DNA of 64,000 nt from Macrostomum lignano (taxonomy: Eukaryota). The notes beneath the pieces are model-generated. The model did not search any database. It saw only the letters and a list, made by a program, of their open reading frames with translations, and was not told where the DNA came from. The stretch's first letter is position 1. Each line of letters begins with the position of its first letter. A program made the position numbers and the translations under genes. Shown in pieces: positions 50,741-62,690 of the stretch. Where the stretch lies: assembly GCA_002269645.1 (NCBI GenBank), contig NIVC01003543.1, positions 1-64,000 on the forward strand, written 5' to 3'.

Positions 50741-53700
50741 CTAGCAATCTTCGCCCCCCGATGGGGGACATCTGGATAGAATCTCTGTTCTCTACACGGA
50801 TCAAAAACACATCCAAATAAAGCCTTCACAAAGACAATAAACAAACTGCTCAAATGAAGAGCAATGCGAAAAGAAAACATCCCAAGACAGCATGCAAGCA
50901 TCCCCCCCCAGATAGCAAGCATCCCCCCCCCAGATAGCAAGCACCCCCAGATAGCAAGCACCCCCCCATAGCAAGCATCCAATTGATAGCAAGTATCTAT
51001 CCTTAAATAGCAAGCATCCACCAGACAATAAGTATCTAGTGCAACAATTTTCTTAGCTTTATGGTGGCTTCTTTATGATTGGCATGACGCTTCTTTTTAC
51101 GTTTGTAATTGTCTCTTTTATGTTTGACATGGTGGCTCTTTTATGTTTGGCATGGTGGCTCTTTTATGTTTGACATGGTGGCTCTTTAATGTTTGAAATG
51201 GTGGCTCTTTTATGTTTTACATGGTGGGTCTTTAATGTTCGACATGATGGCTCTTTAATGTTTGACATGGTGGCTCTTTAATGTTTGACCTGGTGGCACT
51301 TTACTGTCTGCAATGATGGCTCTTTAATGTTTGACATGGAGTCACGTATACGCTTGACATGGTGACTCGTTAATGTTTGACATGGTGGCTCTTTAATGTT
51401 TTACATGGTGGCTCTTTTATGTTCGACATGGTGGCTCTTTAACGTTCGATATGGTGGCTCTTTAATGTTCGACATGGAGTCACATATATGTTAGACATGG
51501 TGGCTCTTTAATGTTGGACATGGTTGCTTTTTAATGTTCGACATGGTGGCACTTTAATGTCTGAAATGATGGCTCTTTAATGTTTGACATGGAGTCACGT
51601 ATACGCTTGACATGGTGACTCGCTAATGTTTGACATGGTGGCTCTTTAACGTTCGACATGGTGGCTCTTTAATGTTAGACATGGTGGCTCTTTAATGTTT
51701 TACATGGTGGCTCTTTTATGTTCGACATGGTGGCTCTTTAACGTTCGACATGGTGGCTCTTTAATGTTAGACATGGTGGCTCTTTAATGTTTTACATGGT
51801 GGCTCTTTTATGTTCGACATGGTGGCTCTTTAACGTTCGACATGGTGGCTCTTTAATGTTCGACATGGAGTCACATATATGTTGGACATGGTGGCTCTTA
51901 AATGTTGGACATGGTGGCTCTTTAATGTTAGACATGGTGGCTCTTTAAATTTTTTTCATGGTGGCTCTTAAATGTTTGACATGGTGGCTCTTTATTATTT
52001 GACATGGTGGCTCTTTAATGTTTGACATGGTGGTTCTTTATTGTTCGACATGGTGGCTCTTTAATGTTCGACGTGGTGGCTCTTTAATGTTCGACAAAGT
52101 GGCTCCTTTATGTTTGACATGGTGGCTCTTTAATGTTTGACATGGTGGCTCTTTAATGTTTGACATTGTAGCTCTTAAATGTTCGACATGGTGGTTCTTT
52201 TACGTTTGACATGGTGGCTCTTTAATGTTTGACATTGTAGCTCTTAAATGTTCGACATGGTGGTTCTTTTACGTTTGACATGGTGGCTCTTTAATTTTCG
52301 ACATGTTGGCTCTTTAATGTTCGACGTGGTGGCTCTTTAATGTTCGACAAAGTGGCTCCTTTATGTTTGACATGGTGGCTCTTTAATTTTCGACATGTTG
52401 GCTCTTTTATGTTTGACATGGTAGCTGTTTAATTTTCGACATGTCGGCTCTTTTATGTTTGACATGGTGGCTCTTTAATGTTTGATATGGTGGCTCTTTT
52501 ATGTTTTACATGGTGTGTCTTTAATGTTCGACATGATGGCTCTTTAATGTTTGACATGGTGGCTCTTTAATGTTTGACCTGGTGGCACTTTACTGTCTGC
52601 AATGATGGCTCTTTAATGTTTGACATGGAGTCACGTATACGCTTGACATGGTGACTCGTTAATGTTTGACATGGTGGCTCTTTAATGTTTTACATGGTGG
52701 CTCTTTTATGTTCGATATGGTGGCTCTTTAACGTTCGATATGGTGGCTCTTTAATGTTCGACTTGGAGTCACATATATGTTAGACATGGTGGCTCTTTAA
52801 TGTTGGACATGGTGGCTTTTTAATGTTCGACATGGTGACACTTTAATGTCTGAAATGATGGCTCTTTAATGTTTGACATGGAGTCACGTATACGATTGAC
52901 ATGGTGACTCGTTAATGTTTGACATGGTGGCTCTTTAACGTTCGACATGGTGGCTCTTTAATGTTAGACATGGTGGCTCTTTAATGTTTTACATGGTGGC
53001 TCTTTTATGTTCGACATGGTGGCTCTTTAACGTTCGACATGGTGGCTCTTTAATGTTCGACACGGAGTCACATATATGTTGGACATGGTGGCTCTTTAAT
53101 GTTGCATGTTGGACATGGTGGCTCTTTAATGTTAGACATGGTGGCTCTTTAAATCTTTTTCATGGTGGCTCTTAAATGTTTGACATGGTGGCTCTTTATT
53201 ATTTGACATGGTGGCTCTTTAATGTTTGACATGGTGGTTCTTTAATGTTCGACATGGTGGCTCTTTAATGTTCGACGTGGTGGCTCTTTAATGTTCGACA
53301 AAGTGGCTCCTTTATGTTTGACATGGTGGCTCTTTAATGTTTGACATGGTGGCTCTTTAATGTTTGACATTGTAGCTCTTAAATGTTCGACATGGTGGTT
53401 CTTTTACGTTTGACATGGTGGCTCTTTAATGTTTGACATTGTAGCTCTTAAATGTTCGACATGGTGGTTCTTTTACGTTTGACATGGTGGCTCTTTAATT
53501 TTCGACATGTTGGCTCTTTTATGTTTGACATGGTAGCTCTTTAATTTTCGACATGTCGGCTCTTTTATGCTTGACATGGTAGCTCTTTAATGTTCGAAAA
53601 GTGGTTCTTTATTGTTAGACATGGTGGCTCTTTTATGTTTGACATGGTGGCTTTTTCACGTTCGACGTGGTGGCTCTTTAAAGTTTGACATGGTGGCTTT

Positions 53701-54750
53701 TTTATGTTTGACATGGTAGCTCTTTAATGTTCGACATGGTGGCTCTTTTAAGTATGACAAAGTGGCTCTTTAATTTTTGACATGGTGGCTCTTTAATGTT
53801 TGACATGGTGGCTCTTTAATGTTCGACATGTCGGTTCTTTTACGTTTGACATGGTGGCTCTTTAATGTTCGACATGGTGGTTCTTTTACGTTTGACATGG
53901 TGGCTCTTTAATGTTCGACATGTCGGTTCTTTTACGTTTGACATGGTGGCTCTTTTATGTTTGACATGGTAGGTCTTTTATATTCGACATGGTGGCTCTT
54001 TAATGTTTGACATGGAGTCACGTATATATGTTTTACATGGAGTCACAAATATGTTTGACATGGTGGCTTTTTAATGCTTGACATGGTGGCTCGTTTATGT
54101 TTGGCATGGTGGCTCTTTAATGTTCGACATAGTGCCACTGATATGTTTGACATTGTGCTTCTTTTATGTTTAGAAGTTTCATGTTTTCAAGGTGTTTTAA
54201 TAAAAAAACTATTTTGCACTACTAAGATTCGAACCCAGGTCGCTACATTAGCATTCCAGTCTGTTCGCATCTGGGCTATCTCTTTTCAATTGGAGTACAT
54301 CAATTGTGGCCCTTATAATTCAATTCTTACAGCAAGTCAATTAGAGTAAAAAGTTATGACATAATCAATTTCTCAGTCAGCCAGTATCAGTTTCAATTCA
54401 AGTTAGCAATATTGGTTACGCAATTTAAATCAAGTCGTGTGTGCATTTCTTCGGCACTGTTTTCTACTTGTTGTGATGCAATCTTTATCAGAATTGAAAT
54501 TCAGTCAGTCAGGTTTTTTTCTAGCATTCTTACAATGCATTTCAAGTCGAAAATTTTGCTTGACCTTTGCAAAAAAGCATGTTTTTCGAATATTTAATCC
54601 CTTTAACATTGAGCAATTTCTTAGCCAAGATGCATGTACCGTCCCAGGAAAATTTCTGATCGAATGGTGCAAGTTTGAAGAAAATCGGTTGAGCCAATTT
54701 TTCTAAAATCTATCGCATACCCACAGACAACTCATTTTTAGTATATAGGA
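50741..54750 (-). mobile_element. Non-autonomous Helitron copy 5
   Basis: Same scaffold, with a 23-bp satellite at ~51115-54160 that includes a ~1.29-kb internal duplication. The 5' end is A|TCCTATATACTA on the minus strand. Confidence 0.85.
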
Positions 54751-54752
54751 TA

Positions 54753-55500
54753 TAGGCCTGGCATTACTTGGCATTTACTTGGCAAATGCCATAGGCCTAG
54801 GCTTGGCCAAGTAACTGATTACTTGGCATTACCTGGAATTTACTTAGCATTAGTTGGCATTTACTTGGCATTACTTGGCATTAGTTGGCATTAGTTGGCA
54901 TTAGTTGGCAGACACTTGGCATTAGTTGGCATTAGTTGGCATTAGTTGGCACTTACTTGGCATTACTTGGCAGACACTTGGCATTAGTTGGCACTTACTT
55001 GGCATTAGTTGGCATTAGTTGGCATTAGTTGGCATTTACTTGGCATTAGTTGGCATTAGTTGGCATTTACTTGGCATTAGTTGGCATTTACTTGGCATTA
55101 GTTGGCATTCGTTGGCAGACACTTGGCATTAGTTGGCAATTACTTGGCATTAGTTGGCATTAGTTGGCATTAGTTGGCATTTACTTGGCATTAGTTGGCA
55201 TTTACTTGGCATTAGTTGGCATTTACTTGGCATTAGTTGGCATTAGTTGGCATTAGTTGGCATTTACTTGGCATTAGTTGGCATTAGTTGGCATTAGTTG
55301 GCAGACACTTGGCATTAGTTGGCATTAGTTGGCATTAGTTGGCACTTACTTGGCATTAGTTGGCATTAGTTGGCATTTACTTGGCATTTACTTGGCATTA
55401 GTTGGCATTAGTTGGCATTTACTTGGCATTTACTTGGCATTAGTTGGCATTTACTTGGCATTTACTTGGCATTTGTTGGCACTTTGTTGGCATTACTTGG
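54753..55500 (+). repeat. Inner left inverted arm made of 10-11 bp units (TTGGCATTAG / TTGGCATTTAC / TTGGCAGACAC)
   Basis: Reverse complement of 62945-63851; the outer ~120 bp differ at 2 positions. Confidence 0.95.
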
Positions 55501-55683
55501 TATCAGATGGTATACACTAGTTTTCAGTTTGCATTGGGTTGGTTCAAAAATGTAAAGTGTAGTAACTATAGGACAAGCACAAATAGTATGTCTGTAGTAC
55601 TATTGTCTCTGATCCTAGTCTTTCTGAGTGTCTTTCAATTTAGATGCTAATGTTAGACTTCTAAAATCCCATAAAAATTGCAG

Positions 55684-56607
55684 CTGAACCTCCTACAGAC
55701 TACACCTACTGTGGACTTACCGCAGCCTGGTCCGCCACTGCCATGTCCTGATGGTTCTGTAATTGTGGTGTTTGCACTCCCACAAGATCTACCGTTGCGC
55801 AGTATATGCCAAAGGCTTTGTGTTTGTACTCGTGGAATGACTGCGTCTTGTGTTCACATTTACCGTCAGCATGGCTACAAGCGGTGTGGTAAAGACCGAG
55901 TGTCTGTTATTACTTCCATTGAGGAGCCTAAAGTGGCTGTATTTCTACATGGCGTATATGGTGGAGCAATCCATGGCGAGCACCACCAAAATGGTAAAGA
56001 GTGGCTTCGTCGTCTTTCTACACCGTCTCAGACAGTAAATTTACCTCACCAACCTTGCCTTGCTCGTCCGTGCACATCACCACACATGCGACGTGTACTT
56101 CAACGTTCGCTCACCCAGTTGGCGCTCCGTGGGAATGACCGCGTTCTTCGTATGCTTCATTCTGTGGTTGATCTCTGCTCAGCTATTCCGTTACAGAACA
56201 ATGAGCCCAATCATAGCCGTTATAACGAAGAGTTAGTCAATAACCTTGAAGTAAACATCGGCGATCAGGAGCTGGGCGGCGACGAGCAGGAGCTGGGCGG
56301 AGACGAGCAAGAGCTGGGCGGCGACGAGCAGGAGCTGGGCGGCGACGAGCAGGAGCTGGGCGGCGACGAGCAGGAGCTGGGCGGAGACGAGCAGGAGCTG
56401 GGCGGCGACGAGCAGGAGCTGGGCGGAGACGAGCAGGAGCTGGGCGGCGACGAGCAGGAGCTGGGCGTAGACGAGCAGGAGCTGGGCGTAGACGAGCAGG
56501 AGCTGGGCGGAGACGAGCAAGAGTCGGTTGTCCCGATGCAGCTGCGATCGCGGCAAGTAAAATCTCAGATGGTGCTTCTTAAACGGCGTGTGGGACGAGC
56601 AAGATGA
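55684..56607 (+). CDS. Unknown protein inside the Mutator-like element, with ~12 acidic DEQELGG repeats
   Basis: Open frame of ~308 codons starting at a TTGCAG acceptor (55683); the first in-frame ATG is at 55837. About 190 non-repetitive codons are followed by a 21-bp in-frame repeat (56263-56523). No family was recognised. Confidence 0.5.
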   Translation: MNLLQTTPTVDLPQPGPPLPCPDGSVIVVFALPQDLPLRSICQRLCVCTRGMTASCVHIYRQHGYKRCGKDRVSVITSIEEPKVAVFLHGVYGGAIHGEHHQNGKEWLRRLSTPSQTVNLPHQPCLARPCTSPHMRRVLQRSLTQLALRGNDRVLRMLHSVVDLCSAIPLQNNEPNHSRYNEELVNNLEVNIGDQELGGDEQELGGDEQELGGDEQELGGDEQELGGDEQELGGDEQELGGDEQELGGDEQELGGDEQELGVDEQELGVDEQELGGDEQESVVPMQLRSRQVKSQMVLLKRRVGRAR

Positions 56608-58640
56608 TCTATTTAAAATTTCCATACGGATTCACTTGATCTGTGAAACCCGCACTAGCCGTACTAGAAACAATATGCATTGTGGACACAAATGTTTAAG
56701 AAACAGTTATCTCATAGACTTTTATAGTGGTTTACGGAAGCAATATCAATATAAGTGAAAGGAACTTATTTCTAAGACACTAAACTAGGATACAAGATGC
56801 GATCCATGTCTTCTGTTTGTTTTTCTGATAGAAACGAGACCCAGCAAGCTGTTAGTAGAAATCCATTTGTTAGGTCAATACGTATACGTTAGCCACATTT
56901 GGAAGAGTAAGTTTTAAAGTGTAATTCTCTCGGGGTGCTCTGCACGCATCCCGACAAAAAATTTCTGGACATAATCAGCGTACTTTTGGTAATCCATTTT
57001 GCGTCTGTAATTTTGTAATTTCTCCATTCCTTGAAATATATTGTCTTAGCTCCTACGTGTTTCCTTTATATCCATAAGAACCATCTGATTCTTATCGATT
57101 TAGTCGATTTAGAGCAACAATAAATTTCGTAATTGACATTTATCTTAATTGACTTTTGGAACATCTCAACTTTCACTAAATCACCCAGGATTCGCCCCGT
57201 TCTGGTCCGTGATATCGCTAGGTGCTGTGCAAATGGTGCAAAAATACGTAGATAGTGAACTTTTAGGCACAGAAATGCACTATACAATGCTTTGAGATTT
57301 CTACTTTAGAATATCAACTTTGAGATTCCAAATCTCTAAGCCGAGAAAAAGTTAAAAATAGCTCCAACTTTTTTGCCTCACTGCCTGGCGTCTCCGGAGT
57401 TTCGCTATTCGATTTCTCATGCCAAAATCATTGGGAAAGAGTCATTTTGCAAGTGTGCAATCATTTTGAAAAAAATTCGACTTTTCAAAATCTCAGGTCA
57501 ACTTACTAAAGTAATCCATGCACATACCAGCCATTCGAGCTCGAGTACATACTCGTAGAACCGCCCGACACCATCCGGACCACGCTACATTTTGATTGGG
57601 CATGCAAAATGCGTTCGAAAGACGGCAACGCGGTCGCTCAGAACCTATTAGAAGCGCTTCTAGTGGGCTAAAATAGCACATTTATTGGGTCTTATATCGA
57701 TTTTTTATAAGAAATCTGCATTTAGTCTCAATATCCGACTGCCGGACCGCTAGAATAGCACATCAGCCGCATAGCCGCATAGTGTCTGCAAGCTGCCAGC
57801 GAATACGGCGACACTTTTCATGAAAAGCGAAGCTGCCCAGTTCCTCTGAAGTGCAACAACCCATGCACGGGTGCTCCTGGCGTGACGAAATTGGGGGGCT
57901 ACATAGGAAATACTCTGGGAGGCATTAAAAATGGCTAAAATCCTCTTAAATAGATCTTTTAGATCTCTTAGCTGGATTAAAAAAAAGAAGTACCGGAATA
58001 TGTTCTGGACACGAATTTGCATCAACGAACGACGCGATAAATGAGCGAAAACGTGTCAAAATATTCTTTTTTAGAAGCAAATGTACCATTAAAAAATTTT
58101 ACGTTATAAAACTGTCCAATAACGATTAGACTTTATTGCATAAAAGCTTTTTATTTTGAAAAGCTAAAAAAAGGCCACGGTTGTCAAATGCGCATGTAAA
58201 TGTTCAAGAAACAGTAAAAAAACTTCAAAATGCACAAGACATTACAATGAGACTTGTGCAAAAGAAGTTTTAAAGAAGACACAACAGACAAAACGGAGAC
58301 TGCGTCTGAAAGCTATTTAAATGTCAAAAAGTAGGTACATTTGTCTCACTGTCGCCCATCGCTCCCCTTACCTCCATCTCGCCCTTCCTCAAATCCTTGC
58401 CTTAATCTGCCTTGTTCTTTCCCACAAACCTCGTGTCACTCATTATTTTTCTCTCAGTACTCAGCTCTATTTCGCCAGCGCCTTCCGTCGCTCTTTTTCT
58501 ACTCAAGCAGCCTCTTTCGATGTGAGGTAATTTGGGGAAGAGAACAATTTTTTTAACAAACGCAAGAATTTCGGGTATCTTCAGATTAACGGCAGAACAT
58601 ATTTTATCGCTTTGAGTTATAAATCCGAACAGTTATTTTC

Positions 58641-61600
58641 TTAGCAGAGGTCCGGGTGGTTAATATGAAAAAATTCCTTCACTTCATCAAAAGCCTTTCG
58701 AGCGTCCGGACGGAAGCGGATTTCCATAGAGACGAAAAAACCGTGACCGAATCGCGATTCTAGGCAGTACGCTCGCAGATGATAAAAAGTTTTGCGCAGC
58801 TGTGAGGTTGCTTTCCAGGAAGTTGCGACTCCTGTGGATGCACTCTGGGGGGTCATATGATGTTCCATATGCCCCACTACAAACCGATGCTGCAGTAAGG
58901 CAGACTTGGTTACAATGGAGCAGCTGCACCCGGGACACACTTGCCCCTGGCATTCAGCCGATGTGAAGGCTACAAAAAGCGGATGATCATTTTCCCAAGG
59001 CCGACACTCTTCTGAATTTGCCATTTCTGACGGAAAAGGCGTTTCCATTGGAGCCTTCCTTGGCGGCCTGCGCAGACGAGAAGGATTTTTGTTTCCACGT
59101 GTGTCACCGACACCTGGCCGAAGGTCAATGTGAGTGGCCGTACCTGCATGAAAAGAAAAAATATCCTAAATAGACTTCGCGACAGTTTTACGGACATGAG
59201 CAAATATTCTTTTATTGTCAGGACACTGCCCATTTAACCAGTTTAACCAATGCTAACCGCTTAAAAATTTTAAGTTGTCCTTAGTTCCCAAAACTGAAAG
59301 GAATAATAATTAAGGTGACACAACTCCCAAAGCCTATAGAATCTGTGCCCAAAGCTGCTAAGGGTATAGACTTGACAAGACTTTGATTTTTCCATCGACT
59401 GTTTCGCCCGGCCACATACAATCTTTACTTTTGCTAATATGGGGCCCATTCAAATGAAACAGGCGTATTAAAGAAAAGAGTATATTTTTAGAACTTAAAC
59501 ACGTTTGTGTACTACTTATAACTTACTTCGCGATGCCAAAAAATGTTTTAGATGAAGACTCTGTTCGTCAGCAGAGAGCTGATTCCAGTCTTCGTTAGCA
59601 ACAAGATGTGAGGTCCATCCTCGCTGCAAATTGTAATCCCCAGAGCCGTGAAGTGCGGATTCCTCAGCAGCAAACTCTAATTTGATACGCGATTTAAACT
59701 CTGACAGTGCGTCTGTGACAAGTCTCTGGTGCTCACGAACACGAAACGCTTTCAAATCGCGATTGAGTCGTTCCTGGCGTTGTTGCCATGCAGAATTTAG
59801 GCCGGCTTCAGAAAGGCGAAATCGGGTGGCTTTCTGCTTTAATGTGTCCGCCTTTTTCTGAAATAACGAAAAGGTAGGAAGTAATGCAGCGTACACTTTA
59901 CACACAATGTTAGTTATTATCAACCCAATTCGTCTTGCTTCTGTTACATCTTTTAGTACATCATTAAATTTATTTAATACATCTTTTAAAACTTACTACA
60001 GAGTGCTAGGTTCATGAAGAGAATGTTACGAGTAATTGAATTATTCAAATAAGTGTCGATGGAGTCTTCACCTTGATATACTGGAACATGACGGCGCCTA
60101 CTGGGCCCTGCGATGGCCACTCATTCTCAATGTCAGACAGCTTCCTATCGAAATAGTCAGAATCTGGCGACTCTAGAAGACCCATGGGGCCAAAGACGTC
60201 CTGGCGCATTGTCTGTACCGCAGAGATACGCTGTTGGCTCGACGTCTGGCATGAAGCAACACTAGCTTTGCGCAGTTGTTCGTCAAAATTGAACATCAAA
60301 TGTTCCTTACCGAGGAAATGATAGTGGTCATGAAAGACAGTACGCAAGGAAAAGTCGATTGCGCGGCACTCATCAGAAATGAAAATTGGACCACTTTTTC
60401 CAGGACTTTGTCGAATTTCCTCCTTTATACGAGCAAAAAATGTAATAAAGGAACTCGTGTCAGCATTTTTTGAGTGAAGAAGTCCGGGGCCGCAAACCAA
60501 GGGGCAATTTCCTTCGTGATTCGCCAACCTTGGGTTTTGAACGGCAATATACGTGAGGTAGCAGGCTTTCATATACGTTGTATCAACGTGCAATTACAGG
60601 CCTTCTGCAATGGCACACTTCAGCATTTGAATTTGCCGATCAAAAAAAACGATGACAGCATTGTTACCCTCGTGGCAGACGCGTGACCTGAGAAAACGAG
60701 TTGATTTATCCATGTCACGGACTTCGCGGTGTAACTGCGTCTCAATTTTAAGCCATTCATCATCGACAATGTCTACATGCAAACTGCTAGAGTCCTCACT
60801 TCTGCGCACTTTTTTTCTTATGTATTTCAATTGGTTTACATTACGTAGACCGTCTACTCCTGATCGAATGCGCTTATTCTGTACACCAAGTTTAACCAGT
60901 CTCGCTGCATTACTAACAGCAGACGAGTCAGCACGAACAAAAGGAACATGCAGGTTTGCGTTTGCGTTGCCATGAGGGAGATTAGTAATATTACTTGGTG
61001 TGACTGTCCATTTGTATTGTACAGTGCACGTGTCGTAAACGATAATTTGTGGAACAACTTGACGAAATAAGCGTACCGTTTTGCGAAAGCCAGGAGCAGC
61101 CCGCTGGCTGTAATACTTTTCCTGCATTTCCAATACGACAGCGTCACTTCCAAGGCTTTTACTGGCCAAGCGAAAACCGCACTTCGCGTTCCCGTTTAAT
61201 CGCTTGCCATCTTCCGTGTAGAATCGATTGTGGCCGCCAATCATGGTCCATTGCCACCCATCGTTAGCTACTGCTGATGTTTTAACAACGTATACAGCAT
61301 CCTTCTCTGGCTTAAATGGGGCCTGGGACGAACTGCTTCTAAGAATAGCTTTAAGGCACGAAGAAAAGGACCACGTAAAGTTATCGTCGTTGTTACTGGC
61401 GTCATCTGAACAAAAATTCGCAGGAGCAAAGGAGTGCGGGGAGGATTGCGCATCATTCGATTCCGAGTTGTTCGACTCCTCAGATTGGTGCTCCTCGCCA
61501 GCATCTGATTCAGCGCCTGTAGTAGTGAAGGTAGTATCGACAAAAGTAACGGAATTTTTCGAAACATGGGAGCCAGTCTGTTTCTGATCTGCCATGACGT

Positions 61601-62690
61601 CTTCAAAATCGCCCAACATGGAAGAACCCACAGCTTCATCGGTATCGGCGTCTACGTCAACATTGCAGCGGCGTTTACGTCGGCAGGTTGCTGCTTCTCT
61701 AGCATAATACATTCTTTTGTTACTGGCTTCGGAATTCTTTAGACACAGAATAAATGGATTTGTTGAGGATATTACCAAGTCATTTTCGCTGAAACCAGGG
61801 TTCGTCACTAAGAGACAGAAGTGGTTCGGGCGCCATGTGGAATCTAATTGTATGTCCGAGTTGCACGTCCACATTATAGTTAGAATCTCACCTTTTGAAC
61901 TGCTTCTTGGTTCTACGACACAGTTGAGCATCGAGTGTCCAGGCGCTTCAGTAATAGGATGAACGCTTTGAATTTTTCTTTGAATAACAGAGGCCAGTGC
62001 GTAAAGCTCGATGATTTCAGAATAAGACGAATATTTTGAAATATTTAGTATAACACTTAGCAACGAGACCGATGTCTCACAGACATCGTTTTGGGGTGCA
62101 GCCAAAATTTTATTTCTAATCTGCAAAAGTACGTCGCGATAGTGCGCTGAGTGGAATCCAATTTCCAGAACCGTTCGTACTCGTAGTTCACAGACAACTT
62201 CTGGTGTAGAATCGCAACCGATTCCATTACAAATCGCGTGGTATAGACAGTTGCCATCTGCATACGTAACAATGGGCAGAAACTGTCCTTGTAGCGACGC
62301 ATTCGCTTCTATAGCTTGAAAAGAAAACCTTTCTACTCCAAAAGTTTGTATCAGTTGTACTACTTCCACTGACTTTTGAGTAGCATAGTTTTTAGGTCTA
62401 GATTTGACCACAAGATCTTCCATATCTAAAACAGCTCGCCGAAAAATGGGAGTGCCTGTAGTCAAACCACACAAGAGCCTATCCAAGCTCTTTCGCCAAT
62501 TAAAACGGTCTCAATGGCCAGTGCAACCAGAGCAAACAAAACGACCTCGCAAGTCGGTGTCATTCAGTCGAATGACGAAAATTGCTACTGAGTCACATTG
62601 AGTGTGTAATTTACAAAGACAATGGCAGCAACTGACAATAGAGTCAGTTACCTTCAGCTGTACACCGCATGCAGTACAGTCAACTTGCAT
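58641..62690 (-). pseudogene. Mutator/MULE-like transposase with N-terminal PHD finger and vertnin-like OTU protease, ~1150 codons, two in-frame stops
   Basis: Exons 62690-60072, 59857-59527 and 59143-58641 are GT..AG and total 3453 nt. Motifs: PHD CxxC..CxxC-x4-HxxC..CxxC; OTU ADGNCLYHA...PNHF; PHGN; DDE candidates HVDTTY, FISDE and WQQRQERLN; C-terminal CxxC..H..YH..C. Stops are TGA at 62513-62511 and TAA at 60596-60594. Confidence 0.82.

Noticed and set aside
33830-54160. CRISPR-like arrays of 22-24 bp repeats
   Set aside because: The units are contiguous with no unique spacers, there are no cas genes, and the context is intron-bearing eukaryotic DNA.
33548-54750. Classification as Helentron/HINE (DINE-1-like) elements
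   Set aside because: The ends fit canonical Helitrons (A|TC ... hairpin-CTAG|T), and I found no clear subterminal inverted repeats.
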